Both the position numbers and the translations under genes were made by a program. This document shows, piece by piece, positions 40,700 to 51,600 of a stretch of DNA of 64,000 nt. Source of the DNA: Tubiluchus corallicola (taxonomy: Eukaryota; Animalia; Priapulida); contig JAQGDQ010000196.1 in assembly GCA_030141605.1 (NCBI GenBank), forward strand, positions 248,001 through 312,000, given 5' to 3'. Within the stretch, counting starts at the first letter, position 1. Each line of letters begins with the position of its first letter. The notes below the pieces were generated by a model. The model was not told the origin of the DNA. It ran no database searches and was given only the letters and a program-made list of their open reading frames with translations.

Positions 40700-43547
40700 C
40701 TGAAATGTAACAACAAATGTTTTACGTTTAATGCAAACTATGAAATGGCAAAGAAAATATTTGTCATTGATTAAGATATTTCATGCCATAGTAGATTTCA
40801 GGAATTAAAAGAAAATCAGCGTAATTAAATATCAAATAGTGCTGTCGAAAGTTTGTTGGATACACCCAAGTTGAACACCAAATAATGGCACTTCAACATA
40901 AATAATTAACTATAGTAAAAGTTAATATAGTTACAAGTCATAATAGTACCAATTGCATACAAGATAATGATACATCAGCATACAATAATAGTCGGGATAT
41001 TGATGAAAAACTTACCGTGGTACCACCACCTAGTCTTCTTTGGATTTTTGTTGCATGTGCGTACATAAAATGTGTTATCAGGTGGTCGTTTCTGCAACAA
41101 ATGAAGGATAAATTATGACATTTTACTCGCATTGGAGGATCTGACAAAGCTAAACCATATCTAGAAGTACCTGTTCAATTATTTTTTATATTCTTGCATT
41201 TTTCATCAGAAGACATTTTTACGAAAAGTCACATATAAGTCAAAAGCTTCATAATGTTGATCATTAACAAGGTTTACCCGCTAAGCAGATTCTCCCACCC
41301 CTGGCCCGTCAGAAGTGCCTTAGTCAAGTTTGAATCTACGAGATAAATAGCCAAACTCAGTATGGTGAATGAAACCCACTCAAAGTAAACGATGGCAGTT
41401 ACACATCCATGAGTTGGCCAACCTTGGTGTTGCTTAACTTTTATTGCAAAGCACAGGCGCATGACCACTAGCCTATTTCCCTGAAATTTCACGTGTATTT
41501 TTCTCAATGTAGCTGACCAATGTATTTACAACTTCATTTACTGATTACTAATTACTGATTTTTTTACAAACCTTTTCCTTGCAGCTGCTTAGCATACTGA
41601 CTATACTTAAACAGATAGATTGTACAGAAAGCGCTGGTGACCAATCCTCTGTCAAGATGGATAGACAAATGTGGCCATTACTGTAGACATGTGGATGCAC
41701 AGGAATGTGATTACCAGTGAAAACTACCTGTGGTAAAAATGCAGAAGTTCACTAAAATTCAGGAAAACGAAGACGTTTGTGGCTTCCTAGTTTGTCTACA
41801 AACAAAGAAACCCAGTGTTCCTGGTTTAAAAATCCTCCGAGGAATTTTCCAGCACAATTATAGAGCTTACAAATCAATTTCGTCCTACTAAGCACAAAAA
41901 GTAGTGCCCAGCAGCAGAAGAAAAACTTCTGGCACTCCAACCATTTAATGTTTTCATTTTTGTTTCGTGGGTGAAGACACAAATTGTGCATGTTTTTTGC
42001 GTCCCTGAGACCGACTTTCCCTTTTCAACAAGAGGGGATAAAGATAAATGATTTTTTTCTAAAAATCACCCGGAGTTTGATTTGCAGTACTGACCAGAGT
42101 AACTTTTCTATGTATGAGTTGTGCATAACACGACAGTCCTAAAACATTCAGCTCCAGCATTAAAAATTGCAAAGATTATAAAAGACATAGAACACTGTCA
42201 CAATAATACAATCGGCATTTAGAGAAACGCTACTGTTTCTCCCAAAATTTTCGATCTACTAAGCCACACGATACAATACACATGCCGGTAAGTAACAACA
42301 TTTGCTTTTTTTCTAGATTGTATGTAGTAATTAGGACAGCTACGATGATTTCTGACTAGGCAATTTTGCTGCATTTTGAAAACTTTTGTTAATGTCGGAT
42401 TAGTAATTAATAATTAACAGTAACTGAACTTTAGACGAATCTTGCACCCTTTCACCCTTACGCCCGGGGGCAATTGCTCCCTCTCGCCCCTACCTTGCTA
42501 TGCCCCTGGCTACAGCAAAAGGTTGCAGGCAAAATTCCTTCACGCAAAATCAGGTGCAAATACACGACAATAAATCTCGCTTGATACAAAGAGCTACAAA
42601 GACCATTTAGTAATCTGCCGGGAAGCAAAAACATACATAATAATTATGCTGTTTTATATTATCAGTGAGTTTTTAGGACATAATAATGCAATATGTACTG
42701 CTTTAATGCTTAAAATTAAATAAGAAAGTTGTTGATGAAATAAAAATGGTTTTGAGCAAAGTAAAAAAAATTGTCGTTAAAACGAAACATGAGTTAAGTG
42801 AGAAAAAGTGTCAAATGTTCAGCATTGTTACGTCACAAAAACAGGAGTTATTAAACGAGGTCTTACTGTATATGACTTTCAAAATTTAATTTACATAATA
42901 CTTTATTTCATCTTTTGGATCTTAATGCTCTTTAAGAAGATGGAAGAAACTGTTTAAGGGAAATAAAGCTCTGGAGTAATTACCTCGGGTGAATCAAATG
43001 GATACCTATTACTAAATTTGAATAGTAGTTGAAAGCGTTCTCCCTCATACAGAGTACCTGTAGCACCTTCCATTTCTATTGTCCACCTATAATCATACAT
43101 AAGTAACTATGTAAAATAATGAAGGCAGGGCCAACCATGCAAAATTTCATCTGCAGACCATACAACAAAATACCCTTGAATTTCTATTCCAAATCTTAAC
43201 TTTATAGATACACAGATCCAGTTATGAAAAACCAGGTCAATAAAGTGCAATTCATAATAAGTTTACATATAGCCGTATTTATACTCATCAACATGCAATT
43301 ACAAGTTAGATCCCAGATGAAACCTTTACACGGATATCTAGGTTTCTGCACACTTAATGCCCACACAACTATAAACTCGCAATGATTTGCACAAAACACT
43401 AAAAACTTTTCAGTGTAGAACATTTTTACTAAAATAAAGTTTTGAAGACAATGTCAGTACATACGTGTGTAGACTGTGGTCTGCATTAACTTTTATCCCA
43501 GGAGGCGGATCTCGTACAAGTGTTGACAGCTCCTTCTGTAGTCGTTT
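40686..43547 (-). CDS. UBE2W: Ubiquitin-conjugating enzyme E2 W; five coding exons, start exon not located
   Basis: Exons 43547-43465, 43086-42984, 41727-41572, 41091-41016, 40699-40686 with GT-AG boundaries and consistent phases. KRLQKEL...DPPPG...YPFDSPE...HPHVYSNGHICLSILTEDWSPALSV...KRPPDNTFYVRTCNKNPKKTRWWYHDDKV*. HPHVYSNGHIC is diagnostic of UBE2W. Confidence 0.96.
41016..41091 (-). CDS. UBE2W: UBE2W coding exon (KRPPDNTFYVRTCNKNPKKTRWWYH)
   Basis: tgcag|AAA...G|gtaag, 76 nt. Confidence 0.95.
41572..41727 (-). CDS. UBE2W: UBE2W coding exon with the catalytic Cys
   Basis: cacag|GTA...AAG|gtttgt, 156 nt. VVFTGNHIPVHPHVYSNGHICLSILTEDWSPALSVQSICLSIVSMLSSCKEK. Confidence 0.96.
42984..43086 (-). 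CDS. UBE2W: UBE2W coding exon (WTIEMEGATGTLYEGERFQLLFKFSNRYPFDSPE)
   Basis: tatag|G...GAG|gtaatt, 103 nt. Confidence 0.95.
43465..43547 (-). CDS. UBE2W: UBE2W coding exon (KRLQKELSTLVRDPPPGIKVNADHSLH)
   Basis: aacag|AAA...AC|gtatgt, 83 nt. Confidence 0.93.
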
Positions 43548-45129
43548 CTGTTAAATTATTATTGTTATATTAGCTTAATATGTTACAACTGTTGTACGAT
43601 ATTACATTGGACACAATAATTCACGAATTCTTATTAAAAAAGTTTAGACGACAATGGTGGTTACAGCCTATACTAGTAAAATAGTGACCGTGACTAGTAG
43701 CTACTAACTATTTAAAAGCTTAATGCATTTGAAACAATATTTGATCATAATTTCGACAACTGTGACCTTCTATAACATTCTAATTTAAACAAGTACAGAC
43801 AGCAATAAGCCTTTTATGCTATAAAGTGATGCCAGGACTCTCTTAATTCTTTTTAGGCAGTTTCACGCTTTTAATAATTTAGACCACTTGTGCACCTACT
43901 AATGATTAATGATGACATACGGGCTCGTTTTTGTGCCTTGTAAATCCACTAATGGTCACCTGCCTGCAGATTGAGCCAAGTAAAACAAGGGTAGTAAAAT
44001 ATTCCCTTGGGTCAAATAAGGGACCAACTTGGAAACAAACATTTAGTTAGGAAAAATATGAGACTACTCGCTGGAGACATCATCTTTAATGATAAGAATA
44101 AAAAGTCCATGAGCTTTATTAGAATCAGAAGCAGATATTCTTTATTGCCAAAAGATTTTTTAAAAATCTGCTTTAAAAACTAATAAAGGGCATTCAACTT
44201 TTTATTCATGATAATAAACATTTAGATCCTTTAGGTAAATATTATCCCTGGTCTATACCCAAAACAAGCTTTTTACAGTAAGTTGCTAACCCAACCAAGT
44301 ATACTTCAACTGTGGTTTCTTTACTGCCACAGAGCTACTACTGGCTTTCAGTACTATCATGTTTACTCTCAAATAAGGATAAGTTCGACGAAAGACGCAA
44401 GATACTTGAATTTTCTGAAACTACCTTCTCACATGGTAATGGAAAAACCAGGGCTGTCTCTCTCTCCTAGTCAATGCAACTGTGCTTTTCCTGTGTTTCA
44501 TTTGTTGTGCCTCTGCAACTTTAATACGTGATTGTATGCTTTTATGTGTGATGTTTTTATTTGTAAATAATATAAAGAAACCAAAAAATTGGTTTTAGAA
44601 TCTTTATGTGTTTCCCCCTTTTTATTTCAAGTCTTGTGTCTTTTTATTGTATTAATTGTGGGATTTTTTAATAATCAGCAAGGTGTGCAACTGGCTAATA
44701 ACCACTAAAAAGAATTTCAACTAATTAAATAAATTCTTTCCTAGGATTAGGAAATTAGGTGTTTCACAAATCTAACTCAGCCAGCACATGCATGGATATC
44801 ACTGACAAACTGTATGTCTGTTCTCCATCACATAAATATGACAAACCAGTTATTAAAATTTAATGCAGAATTGAAAATATTACGGTTAACCTGTTTTTTA
44901 CTCAAATACAGCCAAAGTTATACAACACACTTACATAAACTAACACTAGCTCAACAGTACCATATCAAGGCCTTGCTCAAACGAATATCAAGTACCTGGC
45001 ATAAAAGAGTTTTTCAACAACCATGAACAACAGCAAGTACATTTGTACATGAGTACATCTATGGAATATTTGGCAAAATCCATATGGGCTGACAAAATCC
45101 TTACTTCAAAAGTTGAAAGAGTGCTAGCA

Positions 45130-45620
45130 TACAAAAGATGTTTTTAGAGCACTCGGTGCTTGTTTAAAAGACTTGACATTGGGGGCATTAACAATACCAC
45201 TGCTTAAACTGTTCCATTCCTGCACAACACGGTAGGAGAAAAATGCTTGCTGATATGTGTGCATGAATGCTGAATATATAGTTTTTGCTAATGACATCAA
45301 TGTAACTCTCTATGAGGATTCTCAAAGAACTCACTCCGATCCAAATTTGTGGCCGGATTCACTATCTTGAACATGCAGACAATTGTGTCATGGCTCTAAT
45401 CTAGGGTAGGAACTGATATCGTTGGCAAGACGAAGACATCTTCTTTGGACTTTTTTATCTTCTCTTTAAAAGATACAGATTGCAGTGCCCTAATAACAAC
45501 AGCATATTCCAACAAAGGACTAATCAAAAGGTTTGTATATAGGTACAGCAACTGACGGCTCAGGGCATACGACTCTCTAATGATACCAATTCTTTGTTTA
45601 GCAGTCTTACATGAGTAATA
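45130..45620 (-). mobile_element. CR1-like LINE 3' fragment
   Basis: Minus-strand translations LYTNLLISPLLEYAVVI and FSYRVVQEWNSLSSGIVNAPNVKSFKQ are typical of the CR1 ORF2 C-terminus. Confidence 0.7.
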
Positions 45621-45624
45621 TAAT

Positions 45625-48060
45625 TGTTGCTACCATATGCAGAATATCAATTGGAAGGTGCTGCATAGGAAGAGCAAGAAAGATGGTGGAATGCTTTTGC
45701 CCCCTAGTAAGGCCTACAAAAAGGTTAAGAAGATGCATTATGAGCATTTTGTGAATTCTTACAACATCATTGAATCATGACTAACACACATTAGGGAAAC
45801 AAAGGCTGTTAAAGGGCAAGAAGAATTAATGAATTTTGCAGATGACTCGAGAATGGCCCCAGAAATACTGAATCATTGACCAGTATTAACAAAATAGAAG
45901 AAATAAATAATCAGACAAATCTTTTGTGTATATTAGAGAAACTCCCAATGTACCTTTAACCAAGACAGAAAACAGAAGCATATAAAATTAGAATAAGTCA
46001 AAAATGAAGTCCAACAGTTGACAATGTAGTGCATTTTGTTTAAGCTGCAGCTTTAGAAGCAACTGATCCAGTTTTCGGTAATTTAGGGTATGCCCAGACC
46101 AAGAAAGAAGGCCCCCAGATAGTGTTTACACGGGCAGCAAAAATTAGACTCTGGTACCCTTTTCCTTATACTCGTGGGGTACGCAATTGTTAAGATTCAG
46201 TAGCAGTGAAGAGATGGTCTTTATTCGTACATAAGAACAACGACTGGCGCATTTCACCTAACCACAGCTGTTAGGCCTGTGTCACACAGAAAAAGCCACA
46301 AAAAGCAAGCCATAATCCGTAAGGTATAAAGCGTCTTCCATCTTCCGTAAGGTGCATGTCATAATTCGCAGTATGCGCCTTGCTTTGTATAACTATGCGG
46401 GAGACACAAAACTACTATATTTTAATATAATAGGTACTATAGTTTAATAGTTAAAATAATTTTACTCATTACAGAATAACAGATTGTCAGTCGCATACGT
46501 TGTATATGCATAACATGATTGACTGGCATGCTGCCTCCTGCATGTAGTATACATTTATTATATGTATTGTAGTAATATGGCAGTAGTAATTAAGTGCTGT
46601 GGGTTAAATATGCCTTTTAATGTTTATAGTACATCGATGTTATGAATTGTTTTATACGTAATTCTTATGAAATGAATTTTGCATAGAAAAGCTTAATTAT
46701 GCAAATTTTCACATTAGTGATAAGCAAAAATTCCTTATGGCAAATGAAATTAATGGCCAAAGGCTCAAAACGGCTTGCAAAGCTCCACTAGAGACCTTGA
46801 TAACATAGTTGCCCAATTCTGGCAGGTGGAAGTGTGTGAAGATGAAACCACTATTCTGAAGAAGATATCAAGATGATTATATATATATACTAATACTAAT
46901 CTGTAATAAAACATACAGAGAATGTACAGTAATAAAATGTTGTAGGAGGATTCAGTAATTCTACCTAAGGATAATCACTACCAATTGCCAACACTATTGA
47001 CAATTGATAGTGATTATGCTTAGATAAACCCAATACCATTCTGAAGCAAGTATCCTGAGCTCCCAAAAACTTACCTGTGCTCCCTGTGGCACAGTCTAGA
47101 TTGCAGGGTCGTAAAAACAAGCTACAAAATGACTGTGGAAATCTTAAATTTGCTAAATATGGCATATGCCGAGGAAATAAATGCCAAAAGTATTAATGGC
47201 AGCCCTAGAAAGATTTGGTATTAGCCTCACTTTGCAGTTAGTAAAACAAACAAGCCAGATAAAAACAAGAATTGTGTTTAATTGTGCTGTTCAATTTGAA
47301 GGTACTACTCTCAACAGGAATGTTACGCAGGGCCCTGCTTCAGGAGTTGTGCTTAAATTTAGAAAAAACCAAATAGATTTCATGGCTGATCATGAATGCA
47401 TGTTTCACCAAGCAAAGGTACTGCAGAGGATAGTGATATACAAAGATTTTTATGATGGGAAAATGGTTGTTTAAACGCATAACCAAAAGTCTACAGAATG
47501 GCCGTACACACATTCTGTGGAATGTGGTGACCAAGTGCAGCAGCTTTTGCACTCCAGAGTACTGCAAGGGATAACAGGCATTTGTATGATGAAAATGTAT
47601 TGGAAGGCCATTAACTCCGATTTCCGATGATCCCGAGGATGCAGAACCATTGAGGCCAAATCGTCTGCTTTTGGCTCACAATCACGCTTTGCTGCCACAA
47701 GGTATTTTTTGAGACTGATCGATACAAACACAAGTGACAACGCATTCAGCTCTTAGCGACAACAACAACAACAACAAAAAATAGACTATGCCAAAGAGAA
47801 ATCTCAAAGTTAATGATGTGGTGCTTGTGAAGGAGATCAGATATCTGTAGCCACTGTGAAATATGTAACAAGCTCATGATGGCCTGAAGGAGTGAAGGAT
47901 AGATTTTTGGAGCAACCCATACAGAAGCTTTGTCTTCTGAAGGGTGCTGACAAATTGCTTGTTGAACATGTTTGTCAAAATGCTCTGGTCAAGTTTGCAT
48001 TAGAGAGGGGGAGTGTTGCTGCCATATGTAGAATAGGAAGTTGGAAAGTGCTGGCCTAGT
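45625..48060 (+). mobile_element. Old, internally deleted Bel-Pao LTR retrotransposon relic
   Basis: Similar LTR starts tgttgct(a/g)ccatatg(c/t)agaata at 45625 and 48014, the second after purine tract agagggggag. Gag remnant EINNQTNLLCILEKLP...EATDPVFGNL (~45900-46086); RT remnant KTRIVFNCAVQFEGTTLN...QGP...MADHECMFHQ (~47260-47420); integrase tail RNLKVNDVVLVKE / PIQKLCLL. Confidence 0.8.
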
Positions 48061-48233
48061 TATGAATGGACTTTGTATTTGAAAGAGACCTTTACAATGG
48101 GTAGAATAATCTTCTTACACACTGCATACCTTTCAATGTAACCATTTTGGGCTGTACTCTTGCCACTAGCATCTCTTCCTCTCACATTTCTATCTTCATC
48201 ATCCTGCCTTCCCTTGCACATTTTTACTCAGCT

Positions 48234-48540
48234 TCACTGACAGACATTGCATCTCTTGCTCTGATGGCACATATAGCTGTTACAGCTGGGCTTTAAGCAT
48301 TTGAAGCAAAGTCTTTTCTTTCTGGACAGCTCCAATCTGTCTTCTGGCTTCATGGCAGCCAAGTTTGCACATTCAGTTACGAAGTGTTCACCTATGCAGA
48401 TGCTGCATGTACTAGGTCTCTTTGACTCACCTGATATTTTGAATAAAAAATTTGTTAGGCAACTTGCTTTAGCATCTTTTCTCGCCGTGAGTTTCTGGCA
48501 TCTGTTCTTTTTCGGTCTGTATATTCTAAACTGATTTAGT
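48234..48540 (-). mobile_element. Bel-Pao Gag zinc-knuckle fragment in the opposite orientation
   Basis: Open minus-strand frame with no usable start codon: ...STCSICIGEHFVTECANLAAMKPEDRLELSRKKRLCFKCLKPSCNSYMCHQSKRCNVCQ*. Confidence 0.8.
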
Positions 48541-48993
48541 AATCATTAAATTTCAGTGATCACATGGAAACCCGAGCCAAGATATCAGATCTTACCACCA
48601 TAAGGCATCATGTGATTAAGTAAAAACATAGAAGGTATCAATAGTGACTTGTATAATTCTGAGAAAAGCACACTCAACAGTTTCAGCTGAAGAAGCCCAC
48701 TGGTCAGACTGAGACTCAATACTGTCGAGATCTATTGTGGTCGTAAACATGTCAGAATCAAATTGTGATTTGATTTTAGCATATAATTTTAACAAAGCAG
48801 GGCTCCAATAGAAAGATGCATCCTTTATCTACACACTAATATAAAGAAAAGTTGAAACATACCTCCTATTCATAAAAAAATTACTGTTAGCGTCACGAGA
48901 ACAGACTAAGACCGAGCGATTTCCTGAAATGTTTTCATTTGGGAGTTAGCAGATAGCAATATTTTTATCTACTGCTGTGTGCCACAGCCTAGG

Positions 48994-49279
48994 TGTTTTG
49001 GATATAAGCACGTGGTGCCTCCTGGTGTTTGTTTTTCCTAGTTTAGACAGGTGAGCTAGGTCAGGAAATAGGCCATTGGCCTCATTTCACAGTTAGCATA
49101 TGAAAGAAGTGAGTCACCGGTATGCGGCAAAGATGTAAGTTTCATTTCTTCACATTTCGTCATGTCATATTATTATTAATTATCATTATACCAGTTACTT
49201 AATGTTTTGACGTTGGTTTAGCAGAAAGAATTTTTAATTTTTCTTCAGCTAAAACGAAGTCGAACGCATGTCGCGTACA
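48994..49279 (+). repeat. 5' LTR
   Basis: TGTTTTGG...CGTACA; 283/286 identical to 55709-55994. Contains CACGTG (49009), TGAGTCA (49110) and an intron-like segment at 49135-49248. Confidence 0.97.
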
Positions 49280-49361
49280 GTTTTATATCTCAGTCTGTGT
49301 ACCTAGAAGAGACGGCCATATTGCTTTCGAGAACAGAACACCTGGACAAGGGTAGTACAGC

Positions 49362-51600
49362 ATGGCTTCCGGGCAAGGACGAGATTTGTTGAGACTAAAT
49401 GAAGAACAGCTTCAGCAAAAAACCGTACAAGAGTTAAGAAAGTTGCTACGGGATAAGGGATTACAAGTCGCTGGAAGCAAAGCAGAATTAGTCCAACGAG
49501 TACTGGACAGCGAGATTACTGCAGAGGTAACCACGCCTACTTCAAAGAGTGAGAGTGTTAAAACGGCTCGTGACCAATCAGGCGAGGTGGGAGTGATGCA
49601 AACGGACAACACCACGTCCAGCAGTGTGAAAACTTCTGCAACAAACTTAAGCAGGTTTGATTTGCATGCCTTGAAAATTAAAGAACAGAAACTAAAATTA
49701 CAAGCCATGGAAATCAAACATTTGAGCCTGCAAAAGGCTAGTCAGGGTTCTGCTAGTTCAGATGTGGCTTCGCCTGTAGCCAAAGAAATATCAAGTGCAG
49801 AAAAGGTCAATGAGTGGATTGAAAAGTCACACAAAGATGTCACAGAAGTCTCGTCACCTGAAGGGCTCATCAAACCCGAAGCTTACGTTACTATGGCTAC
49901 CAATGATAAATACGCCATAGGTGCTCTAGTACTGGCTTCTTCGCTATGTAATGTTGGTATTACACTTAGTTTAGCGATATTAATTACAACTGGAATTTCT
50001 AAACCCATAATGACGCAGATAAGCGCCACCTTTGATCACGTGGAGCTTGTGGAAGCTATTGACAGTTCACATGTAAAAAGTCTACAATTACTAGGACGGC
50101 CCGAATTAAAGGTGACTTTTACAAAACTGCATTGTTGGAGGCTAACTCAGTTCTCAAAATTTGATTTTTGGATTCTGATGTAATTGTCCTGCAAAACATA
50201 GATGATTTATTTAGCTGGAACGAACTGTCAGCAGTTGCAGATATTGGCTGGCCTGATTGTTTTAATAGCGGACTTTTCGTTTTTGAACCTAATCTTAGCA
50301 CGTACAGTGAATTGAGGTCATTCGCTCAGTCAGATTCAAGCACATTCGACGGTGGAGAGCAAGGTCTACTAAACCAGTATTTTAAAGCCTGGAATACAGC
50401 TTTTGATAAACGATTGCCATACAGGTATAATGTAGCAGTAAAGCAGTTTCGAGAAAGTGTCAAGGTTGCTCATTTCATGGGTCCTAGTAAGCCCTGGGAC
50501 AGTATACGCAGCATTTATCACAAGCAAGTGGCGCCAGCTACAGGTAAAACAGACTTTGAATCTGAAATGTTAAATATTTGGTGGTCACTTTACATTCATG
50601 AGGTCGAACCAAACTGGCCTCATGAATTAGAACTAATAAATAAAGCTAATGTTCAGCAGCACATTCCTACCCGAACAAAACTCAGTCCTGATGCACCTGA
50701 ATTTGCCACTCGCTTACATGACAGGAGCAGTGTTCATAGAAAATTATACACATGATGACGGGGCGAGATATACCAGGCTTTTACAATTTTGCACGGGCGA
50801 AGCAAAACGGGTTGTCGAAAGTTGCAGTTATATGGACCCGCAGATCGCATACAGTCATGCTAAGCAAATGCTTATTGAACGTTTCGGGTCACCCTTTATT
50901 GTAACACAAGCGTGGTTGGCTAAAATAAATGAGTTTGCAGTCATAAAAATAATGAAAAGGAAAAACTCAGGGAATTTTCTGACTTGATGATTGGTTGTGT
51001 AGAGACATTAAAGGCCATGGACAATTTAGCCGAAATAAATACACAAACAAGTTTGCTTCAAGTCATTAAGAAACTCCCATTCCGTTTGCAAGACAAATGG
51101 AGAGACGTTGTTACCAAGTTAAATAAACATGATGGCAGAAATCCTACAATTTACGACGTGGTGGGATTTGTCAAAGAGGCGACTGAAAAAATAAACCATC
51201 CCGTGTTTGGTGACCTTGCAACCGGTGGTCAAATGAACATTACAAAACGCAAGAATAAATTAGCAACTAGGAATTTCGCATGCACTACCTTTCGAACAAG
51301 AAGTTCATCCAGAGAAGAAAAATCGAGTCAAACAGGCGGAACGCCAAAGGATAGAAAATTAAGCAGTAGAGATGTCAGAAAATGTGTTCTGCAACTCAGC
51401 CGAGCATGTTTCTCTAAAAAACTGTGAACAGTTTAAAGACAAGTCGGAAGAAGAGAGACTACAGTTTGCTCGGAAAAGTCGCTTATGTTTTAACTGCTTA
51501 CAGAAAGGGAACCAAAGAGCTGGAAGCTGTTACAAACCAGGCTGTACAAGACAGGGATGCAGAAGAAAACATTCTGCTCTGCTTCATGACGCTCTGGAGA
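49362..51600 (+). pseudogene. Bel-Pao Gag region (SAP domain, coiled coil, glycogenin domain, DUF1759-like capsid region, three Zn knuckles), frameshifted
   Basis: SAP at 49410-49508 (LQQKTVQELRKLLRDKGLQVAGSKAELVQRVLD); RYTRLLQFCTGEAKRVVESC...LIERFG; KKLPFRLQDKW...HPVFG; knuckles CNSAEHVSLKNC, CFNCLQKG...C, CTRQGCRRKHSALLH. Frame breaks near 50163, 50720, 50950 and 51385. Confidence 0.9.
49878..50611 (+). pseudogene. Captured intronless glycogenin-like glycosyltransferase (GT8) domain; a 1-nt frameshift at ~50163 in this copy
   Basis: EAYVTMATNDKYAIGALVLASSL...LLGRPELKVTFTKLHCWRLTQFSK / FLDSDVIVLQNIDDLF...DIGWPDCFNSGLFVFEP...FDGGEQGLLNQYF...LPYRYN...KVAHFMGPSKPW...LNIWW is colinear with animal glycogenin (AFVTLTTND, RPELGVTLTKLHCW, MDAD, GWPDCFNSG, FDGGDQG, VVHFLGRVKPW). 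Confidence 0.95.

Noticed and set aside
43921-43959. 39-nt phase-0 candidate UBE2W cassette exon (VTISGFTRHKNEP, minus strand)
   Set aside because: Weak pyrimidine tract and no similarity to UBE2W N-termini I recall.
50150-50175. Programmed -1 ribosomal frameshift inside the glycogenin domain
   Set aside because: No in-frame X XXY YYZ slippery heptamer. A single lost base (K-F-V-F-L-D-S-D) explains it, and the copy has several other indels.
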